From NCBI RefSeq assembly GCF_006345805.1, contig NC_043013.1, positions 22,692,001 through 22,756,000 on the forward strand: a stretch of DNA of 64,000 bases, in the 5' to 3' direction. The notes under the pieces are model-generated. The model had not been told where the DNA came from, did not search any database, and saw only the letters and a list, made by a program, of their open reading frames with translations. The stretch comes from Octopus sinensis. Its lineage: Eukaryota. This document shows, one piece after another, positions 55,345 to 64,000 of the stretch; positions within the stretch are counted from its first letter, which is position 1; each line of letters begins with the position of its first letter. Made by a program: the position numbers and the translations under genes.

Positions 55345-55742
55345 AGCAATACTGGTTTTAAATTTTGGCACAAGGCCAGCAGTTTCGATGAAGGGAACAA
55401 GTACTTATTTTATCGATCACAAAAGGACGGAAGGCAAAGTCGAACCCGCAAAGTCGGAAGAAATGCCATCAAGCATTTTGTTCGTCGCTTTAACGATTCT
55501 GCCAGTTCAACGCCAGCTTGCATTAAATATTTGTTTCAAATGTGGACACAAGGCCGGCAATGTTTTTTTGGGGAAGGGGTAGGTTGATTACATCAACCCC
55601 AGTAGTCAACTGGTACTTATTTTTTTGACTTCGAAAAGATGAAAGGCACAAGTCGACCCTCGGCAGAATTTAAACTCAGACGGACGAAATGCCGCCAAGC
55701 ATTTAGTCCGGTGTGGTAACAATTCTGCCAGCCCGCCGCCCT
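55345..55742 (-). mobile_element. Two tandem SINE family A copies
   Basis: gtacttattttatcgatc...ggcaaagtcga and ggtacttattt...gtcgaccctcggcagaatttaaactcaga...ctgccagcccgccgcc. Confidence 0.85.
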
Positions 55743-56610
55743 GCTTGTGTTGAATATCAACAATAACTAAACAAATGATCGTTGCGAAGAACTAAGCTAT
55801 CCGTCGTGGTCAGCAGACGAACATGCTGGCTCGCCTCCAGGCCAGCAGTTCGATATCCTATCAATTAAAAAACTTGCGATTCCTAAAAAAAGATTTATTT
55901 TGAATAAATAAATTGAACCGACTCCAGTAAAATATTTGTATTTATATAAAGACAAAGTGGACACGGACGAGCTTTGAAGAAACTTTATACAGTAACACAG
56001 AAAGTCCGCTGTTCTCGTGTTTTTGCCAAATTCACTCCGCTTGTAGATATATAATTGGCTTTCAGGAACATCTTATGCAATAGTTATAATAAAAATCAAT
56101 TCGTTAGCATCTTTCTACTGCATTGCGAATAGCAACTTCTGGTAAATTGAATTAGATAACGGCTGTAAGTCGTATTAATATGTGCTTCTTTAGTAAACAC
56201 TGAGGAAATAATTATATTTTCCTGTTTTCCTTGTTGGGTGACTGCGGTGAATGCTGAGGAAAAATAGTAATAGCAAAAAACATGAAATGAAACTCAAATG
56301 GACAGGTCACGTATCTAGTTCGGTTTCCAGACCCTGCTGGAGCAATTCTGCTTCACCTCAGTTTAGTCACTGATGTTTAGGTGCAGAGATGACAGGGTTT
56401 TAAAACGTTTGCATTACAATGTTGGGGTTCCCGGTTCCATCGCAGGGCACGAAACCTTGATGAATGTCACGTACTATTGTTTAGGGTTGGCCAATGCCGT
56501 GTGAATTGAATTTAGTTCCCCGAAGCTGCCCAGAAACCCGTCGAATTGATGCATACACGTAATTGTATATGCATCCATACACATATCTATATACATACAC
56601 ACGTCCAAAT

Positions 56611-56677
<67 letters not shown>

Positions 56678-57310
56678 GTAATGAAGGCTCAACGCCTTGG
56701 TCGATAAATATCCTCTATGTGTGTGTTAACAAAGTTACCATTGGTTTCATGCAGGGAGGTATCTTTGGACAGTTATCAAGCCTGCCACATGGGAACGTTG
56801 GAACTAGTCTCCATTTTGGCGACGAGGGATACGTTGGCAAATCGACAACGAACAACGAATTCAGAAAACGAAAGCGACAAAAGCCAAAGAGACGTTCACG
56901 CTGAATGTTGTAACCTTCAATCAGCAAGAGGGATCAAACTCATAAAATTCACTGTGAACGTCCCTTTTTTTGAGGGAACCTTACACACACATACACACAC
57001 GCACATTTATATGTTTGCACATATGTGTTGTGTGTGTTGTGCGTTTATGTATGCATGCATATATGTGTGCATCTTCCGCAGATGTATGTCAGGGAAAGAT
57101 GTAAATGTTGTCGAGAAAAGATGTAAAGCGATTCGTCCAAAGTCCTTTGTGATATTTATTCATCCCGAGTTTCACGACCGATCCCTTTCAATCCTCGCCA
57201 TCCTAATTGTAGTCTTATTGAATCAGTGACTGGTCCGTTTGCAAATTAATGAACAACGCTATAATAATAATAATAATAATAACAATAATAATAATAATAA
57301 TAATAATAAT

Positions 57311-57550
57311 ACTAGTGCTCCTGAGAACTGTCCATATCCAACGTAAAATACTGTCTATGTAATCTCAAATTTTAAAACAAACTTATAATGTACTTATTAT
57401 TTCTTAAGCATTCTCTAGAATAATACCATGTGCAAAACCAAATATATGACACCCTAGGCATAACACCAGCATGAAATTCTAGTTTGTTGTCTCTTAAGGT
57501 CTTTGGGGGAGACTTGGAGTCAACTTGTACAAATGCAAAGCTCAAGTCAA
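57311..57550 (+). mobile_element. Short 3' end of the same R4/Dong-like family as 17674-18620, preceded by (TAA)n
   Basis: gtgctcctgagaactgtccatatcc...ctcaaattttaaaacaaac...gtgcaaaaccaaata...ggcataacaccagcatgaa aligns with 18447-18610. Confidence 0.85.
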
Positions 57551-57555
57551 ACATA

Positions 57556-57690
57556 TTGGGTTGGCTGCTAAGTTCCTGCCGCTTTTTAAAATTTTGGAAT
57601 TTTTTGCGTTTTTAAATTTTGGAATCCATTTTTTTCGAGAATTCTATTTTTGAATCATTTTGGAATCTATTTTTTTTTTCTAGCTAATTT
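57556..57690 (+). mobile_element. Solo left end of the mariner family at 42464
   Basis: TA|ttgggttggctgctaagttcctgccg...ttttggaat...cgagaattctattttt matches the 5' UTR of the full copy and complements its right TIR. Confidence 0.85.
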
Positions 57691-58083
57691 TAGTAGTTTC
57701 AGTAGAGCCGGTCTCCTCAGTAGATAGGGAGGACGTCCATTCTCTGCAGATGAACTATGATGAGATAAAGAGACAATTAAAGAGAGTTGGAAATTAACGG
57801 GGAGAAAATTCAGTGGAATTTTAAAAACTAGGAACTGAAATATGGCAATTTCGATTCTTGATAGAATCTTCTTCAGCTGTATGTAATTGAACTTTATGTA
57901 TTTTATGAAATAGTAACTAATTTACGAGATCGTTCCACAATGCATATAGTTATACGGTTCAAATAAATAATTCAGAACAGCAAACTCATAAATTACGATG
58001 AAAATCTTTTACAGACCAAACAAAAACGTACAATTTCTTCATACTTTCTGTTTTGCCTTCTCCATTTTTGTTTGCTTTTACAG

Positions 58084-58141
58084 ACAGAATCTGATATCTG
58101 CTGACCAGTGGGTAGCTTCTTTTGAAGCAAAAACCATTGGG
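58084..58141 (+). CDS. Candidate next exon of the S1A protease (G-QNLISADQWVASFEAKTIG)
   Basis: Strong acceptor (ttttgtttgcttttacag|) and consensus donor (GGG|gtaagt). The phase-2 start completes the Gly codon left by exon 39774-39954 and the exon is open to a phase-0 end. QWVASF resembles the post-His57 segment W(T/I)ASFG of S1A proteases such as the TMPRSS11 group. Confidence 0.6.
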
Positions 58142-58163
58142 GTAAGTTGATTTCTTTCTATTA

Positions 58164-58578
58164 TTTACTCTTTACTCTTTACTCTTTTACTTGTTTCAGT
58201 CATTTGACTGCGGCCATGCTGGAGCACCGCCTTTAGTCGAGCAAATCGACCCCAGGACTTATTCTTTCATTTAAGCCCAGTACTTCTATCGGTCTCTTTT
58301 GCCGAACTGCTAAGTGACGGGGACGTAAACACACCAGCATCGGTTGTCAAGCAATGCTAGGGGGACAAACACAGACACACAAACATATACACATACACAC
58401 TTATATACATATATACGACAGGCTTCTTTCAGTTTCCGTCTACCAAATCCACTCACAAGGCATTGGTCGGCCCGGGGCTATAGCAGAAGACACTTGCCCA
58501 AGATGCCACGCAGTGGGACTGAACCCGGAACCATGTGGTTGGTTAGCAAGCTACATACCACACAGCCACTCCTGCGCC
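58164..58578 (-). mobile_element. Full-length SINE family B, 22 bp downstream of the candidate exon donor
   Basis: Colinear with 48008-48418 and 15430-15813. Confidence 0.92.
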
Positions 58579-58639
58579 TTATTTAAAGTAATTTTTTCCT
58601 GCGCGTTATTTAAAGTAATTTTTTCGCTTCTTGGCGCAG

Positions 58640-59000
58640 ATTTGCACGCTGCCTGTCTACACATGAAGGTATTCTTCCTTCATCTTGTCTGATCGCCGTT
58701 TCATGTGTTAATTTTAATTGGCAATAATAATCGCGAGTTGCTAACATACTTGAGTTGGGCTTCACTCGAGAGTTTTCGTTCTCCTCGTCAGGTTTTCAAC
58801 TCCTGCCAGTTGCGCTTCCGGAGACAGAAGGTACGGTTTGAAAACAGAACGTATGGAACCGTAACGGATTGTTCTCGAACGATTTCGCCATTCCGCTGCC
58901 CTGGACTGATACTTTATTTATTGCCCTCGAAAGAATGGAAGTTATTAGATACAACATTATATTTGGAGATGAAATTTTGGAACAATTAACATCAATTATC
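58640..59000 (-). mobile_element. Decayed Tc1-like transposase N-terminal fragment
   Basis: Minus strand GQRNGEIVRE.SVTV...GVENL.R..RKLS resembles the Tc1 paired-like HTH and the GRPRKLS linker. Confidence 0.45.
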
Positions 59001-59223
59001 TCCTAGTAACCATTTTTCATTTTGAGTAGTAAATATCCGAATCGTCTTCAATTACAAATTCCAAACTTCAGCTCGGTTTCGTAGGCATTGTCTAGCTGTT
59101 TGTCGATCAATAATGAAATATTCATTGATATGAAATCTCTTGCTACATAAAAATTGTTTCACATATTAATATTTAAAAAGATCAAATTAAATAGTCTCTT
59201 AAATAAACATACATAAACACACA

Positions 59224-59268
<45 letters not shown>

Positions 59269-59613
59269 ACACAAGATACACAAACACATCTTGTACAATC
59301 TATGCAATCATTTGTAAAGCCTCTTTAAATCAAAATACGTATATTCGTTCATACATAATCATGTCTGTACATGTGTGTGTGCGTGAGAGAGAGAGAGAGA
59401 GAGATAGGAAGAGTGAGTGTGTGTGTGAGTGTGTGAGTGGGTGCGTGTAAGAGAGAGAGAGAGTATGCGTGTGACTGTATGTTTGTAAGAGAGAGAGGGG
59501 GTGTATATGTAAGAGAGAGAAAGAGCGCGTGTGTGTGTGTGCGTGCGTGTGAGCGTGTGTGTGTAAGGGAGGGAGAGACTGTGTGTGCATAAGAGAAGGA
59601 GAGAGAGTGTGTG

Positions 59614-59649
<36 letters not shown>

Positions 59650-59866
59650 TGTGTATATGTGTGTATATGTGAGTGTGTGTAACAGAAACAGAGAGAGACA
59701 GACAGACAGACAGTGTGTGTGTTGTGTGTGCGTTCATATCTTCTCGTCTTATTAAATCTCACAATAACTAACCGGTTTCTAATTCAAAAGCAAAATTCTG
59801 TTAGAATTTTGACATCAACTCGGTAGTTGTATGTATGTATGTATATATGTATTATGTTTGTATGCA

Positions 59867-59942
<76 letters not shown>

Positions 59943-60199
59943 TATATGTATGTATGTATGTATGTATGCATGTTTGTGTCTATGTATGTATGTGTATATA
60001 TATATATAATATATATATATGTATGTGTGTATGTGTTGTATGTATGTATGTATGTATGTATGTATTATGTATGTATGTATGTATGTATGTATGTATGTGT
60101 GTGTGTGTGGTGTATATGTATGTATGTATAAAACAAGTTCTGCGCTATAAATATTACATCAAGTAGCGAAGAGTGCTTTGCTGTGGTGCAATTGAACTT

Positions 60200-60900
60200 C
60201 ACAGAGACTATTTTCTTGAAAAAATACTTCTGCGATGGTGTACGCTGTCAGAGACGATTCCAACCTCTTCCCGTATTTTCCTCGGCCTTCGTCTCTGACA
60301 CTTTAACTAGACGAAAGTCCCCTAGAATTACGACTGGACTACAGAATCCGGCTTTCTCGTAATCCAGCCAAACTGTAAACAAGTACCTCTTATGTCGTCG
60401 AACCTCTGACATTACAGTTTCGTTGATTAAAAGTTGCTCCACACTCCTCTCAACCTCTTTTCTTTCCAGTTGCTCGACCTGCTGTGAGGATATTATTGCT
60501 ATCGCAATTTTCTTGAAAGAATACATTCAAACTGGTTGCATGCATTAGTTTCCTACAAGCAATAGACCAGTAGTTTTTTGCCGACTGGGTGACATTTTTG
60601 TACTAGATTTCTTTGTATTTCCGACAGACAACTTGGTCTATTTTGATTGCGGGTTTGCTGGTAAACAACGTTAAACTACCCCAGACATGAGATCATTTTG
60701 TGTACATGTGTACAAGTAGACAAGTCTCTTTTCTAATTTATTCTAACTACGTTACATTCTGCTTAAACTCATCATTCTCACGTTTGGTTGCATGTGATAA
60801 ACATGTACAAATAATTGGCACTTTTTCTGCAAACCACAGTCTTTTTTTTTCTTCTCAGTTTTTCAATTTCGTGATGGTTCTCTTTCATTGTTTTGCTTTT
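60200..60900 (-). mobile_element. R4/Dong-like reverse transcriptase fragment
   Basis: EQLLINETVMSEVRRHKRYLFTVWLDYEKA matches RT motifs QLLI...NL...W.DY.KA. Confidence 0.75.
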
Positions 60901-61150
60901 GATCACACCTTTAGCACACACAAGATGTTACATTTCAGTTCTTAAAAGGGCATAAAATAATTGTGACTATTTCCCAAAATATAGGAATGTTATTGTGTCG
61001 TAAAACACCCACCCGATTTTGTTAATCAATGTCGACAATCAAACACAGTCTATCTTGCAGTGGGAGTTATAAAAACGAGAGTAATCAGTTATTTGAAGCA
61101 TTTCTATTGTTTGTCTTCTTTGTTCTCTGTCCCTCTGCCTCTCAGAACAC

Positions 61151-61231
61151 TTACAGTTACTACCATCATTTTGTTACAGTTACAGTTACTAACATCATTT
61201 TGTTACAGTTACAGTTACTACCATCATTTTG
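61151..61231. repeat. 29-bp tandem repeat (about 2.8 units)
   Basis: ttacagttacagttacta(c/a)catcattttg repeated. Confidence 0.9.
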
Positions 61232-61515
61232 ATGTGGACGATATTGCTGTGAAAGAACACACTAACGCTAGCAGTCAGGTTTGCTGCGTCACATGGTGCC
61301 ATCTTTCATACAGAACACTCACTCGATGTTATATGGTCTTTGTTTCAACACCGGAGAACAAAATTAGGATCCTCAGCCCTTCTTCTTCCGCATTCAACAA
61401 TTGCCGTTAGTTAGTTTGATTGTTGTCTCGTGAAATAATTCAGCTTTGAATGACGTGCGTTTTGTTATATTTTCTTTTTATTCAAATAATCAGCAAAGGA
61501 ACCTAATATTCGCCA
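61230..61515 (-). mobile_element. Decayed mariner-type transposon 5' part
   Basis: EEGLRILILFSGVETKTI*HRVSVLYE resembles mariner N-terminal HTH segments; a TIR-like tattaggttcc lies at about 61500. Confidence 0.4.
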
Positions 61516-61888
61516 TTTTTATAACAATTAAAGACAATGTATGCATGCGTGTGTATGTATGTGATTATGTGTGTATGTATGTGTGTGAATGAATGAATGA
61601 AAATGTTCGTTTCTGCATGGGGTTCTGTGGTCGTGCATGCCTCTGGTCTTAGAACTTCTGACTAACTCTGTCCAACACACCGATTTTATCTTAGCTAACA
61701 GGAAGCTATGGCGGCTTTTGTTTGACTAGTCTGGAGAGAAACATTTATCGGATTCATAAGAAATTTTGATCTAATATGCGTACCTATATACTTACACACA
61801 CACACAATATATATATGTATATATACATATATATATGTGTGTGTGTTTGTATGCAAGTATATATATATATATATATATAAATACATAC

Positions 61889-61919
<31 letters not shown>

Positions 61920-61920
61920 C

Positions 61921-62002
<82 letters not shown>

Positions 62003-62938
62003 GGTAACGTAGCGTCACGTCCGGCTTAATCGGAGCTTGCGCAGAATGTAAATTTGCTGAATGGTGCTGCAAATTCCTGACTATTGATGGAAAAGTTAGT
62101 TTTAAGAATGTGACTTTAACAACAGAGATGATATGCTAACGCCAAGACAGGATCGATTAAGAGTTCCGATGCCAGGAATTTTCAATGAAACCTACTGACA
62201 TTAGTAAGGCCAATGTCAGAAAGATAAGAATCTCTCTGTCACTCACTGGGTTGTAATATGAATGAGATCAATGAAGTTTCTTAGAGGGAATTGCAGATAT
62301 CACAAGATATTCCTCGCGAAAGAAAAATTATTTCTAAATATCGCATGATCTTATTCTCTCTTTTTTGTTCTCCTTTAAGCTTTTTATTTACGATCAAAGC
62401 AGACGATCAATTACTCTGTTCTAACTGTTAGCCACTTGCTCTCTCCCCCCCCCCACCTCACTTTTACTTCAACATCCTCTGCATCGCCCACGAATATGAA
62501 TTCATGTTTACTTGAAATTATACGAAGGCATCCTACGTTCGATCCCAGAACAGTCCTCAAATGGTTTATCTGATTGATGCATTTATAAGATCATATAACA
62601 GCTCTCTCACTCTCTCCTTCTTTTCTCTCTTCCTCTCTCCCCCTCCATACATGCATATACATACATAAACACATACATACATGCAAACATACATACATAC
62701 GTATGTACATATATATATATATATATAATATTAGGGAATATTATTCCAAACTTACAGGGAAAAGTTCAATTTAGAAATACTAAATCAAATTTCACAAAAT
62801 TTAATATATATATATATATAAATTAGAAAAATCTATAGGATGTAATTTTTTTTTATATGGTATAATTTAATTTTTTCATTGTTGAATCGATAAAAGGTGT
62901 TTTTTTTCTAATTTATATATATATATATGTGTGTGTGT

Positions 62939-62982
<44 letters not shown>

Positions 62983-63009
62983 TGTGTGTGTGTGTGTTTG
63001 TGTGTATAC

Positions 63010-63051
<42 letters not shown>

Positions 63052-63532
63052 GTGCGTGTGTGTGTATGTATGTATGTAAATATTTGTACGTGTATATATG
63101 TGTACATGTGTATATGCGTGTGTGTTTGTGTGTGAATACATGTCGGTTTGGCGGTACAAACAGGATACCTAGAACTCAGGACATGAGTATATTTATTATT
63201 TTAATCAGCAGAAGTTACGCAGTGAGTAAAAGGCCGAGAGTTTCGTTCACGCCACTTATCAAACCGCTGCAAAGTGTGTTTGCTTTTATATAGATTGGCT
63301 TATAATTATCGCTGGATTGTTCGAATAATATCTAAACCGACAGGGTCTCCTGAGTAATGTATAGTTTTCAAATAATCTGTTCATTAAGCAAAATGAAAGA
63401 AGAAAGCATGCGCATATATATACACATGCGCATATATATACACATGCGCATATATACACACGCGCAAACAAACAAATATACCCATACCTATGCACATACA
63501 TGAATACATAAAACACACCATATATATATATA

Positions 63533-64000
63533 TGGGGTCATCCCGTAAACAATGCGGGTTTTTTATACTTCTTTTATTTTCCAAAATTAAGGTAAAGAAA
63601 GTACTATTTTTTAATCTAAAATATACTCTCCTTCATTTTCTACAATGCTCTCCCATCTATCTGGGAGACTTGCAAGTCCCCTCTTCCAAAATTCACTTGT
63701 TCGTCACGAAAAATATTCCTCTAGTACTGTTCTGACCTCGTCTACAGAATTCATATTTTTTGCGCTCAAATAATTTTGAAGACTGCGGAATAAATGATAA
63801 TCAGATGGGACAATATCCGGCGAATATGGTGGGTAGGGCATCGTTTCCCATTCAAACTGTTCCGGCTTTTGTAATGTCATTTTCACTGTATGTGGCCAAG
63901 CATTATCCTGATGTAAGATGTGATATGTTGACTCTTGCTATCGGGAGTCGAATGAACACAAGTCGGTCATTGAAATCCTTTGGCAACCCGGTTAAAATAG
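63533..64000 (-). mobile_element. Mariner element 3' half (runs off the window end)
   Basis: ILHQDNAWPHTVKMTLQK...WETMPYPPYSPDIVPSDYHLFRSLQN...; terminus tggggtcatcccgtaaacaatgcgg next to TA in (TA)n. Confidence 0.9.

Noticed and set aside
56564-57229. ORFs of 113 and 170 aa
   Set aside because: Partly microsatellite-derived, no recognisable motifs, and no S1-like reading in any phase.
58792-58830. 39-bp segment with good acceptor and donor (VFNSCQLRFRRQK, or FQLLPVALPETE in another frame) as a next protease exon
   Set aside because: The phase-0 reading is not S1-like, the S1-like reading has the wrong phase, and the region looks like an antisense Tc1 remnant.
61222-61300. DDIAV...CCVTW resembling the Asp102 and GWG motifs
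   Set aside because: No suitable acceptor, it follows a 29-bp tandem repeat, the spacing is wrong, and the opposite strand resembles a mariner N-terminus.

Overview
AT-rich, microsatellite-saturated animal genomic DNA. Its repeat content (tRNA-derived SINE families, R4/Dong-like, RTE and Penelope-like retroelements, Tc1/mariner/pogo and Helitron elements) is what I associate with a coleoid cephalopod, probably Octopus; this is an inference. No prokaryotic features, CRISPR arrays, rRNA or true tRNA genes were seen. One host gene is supported: a + strand, intron-rich, secreted trypsin-like (S1A) serine protease. Its clear exon is 39774-39954 (IIGG...CGATLI...TAAHC). Two phase-compatible candidate exons are 34198-34249 (signal peptide) and 58084-58141. 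Together they splice to an open 97-codon N-terminal part in which the signal peptide appears to abut the mature IIGG with no basic-residue propeptide. The Asp102 and Ser195 exons were not found and probably lie past the window end. Nearly everything else is transposon debris and simple repeats, and almost all ORFs in the supplied track are microsatellite artefacts. The most notable non-coding patterns are: (i) recurrent long fold-back palindromes next to or built from Penelope-type ends that carry minimal hammerhead-ribozyme-like motifs; (ii) a same-orientation stack of R4/Dong-like fragments anchored in (TAA)n-type repeats; (iii) inverted SINE pairs inside the protease introns. All family assignments come from motif recognition by eye; no database search was run.
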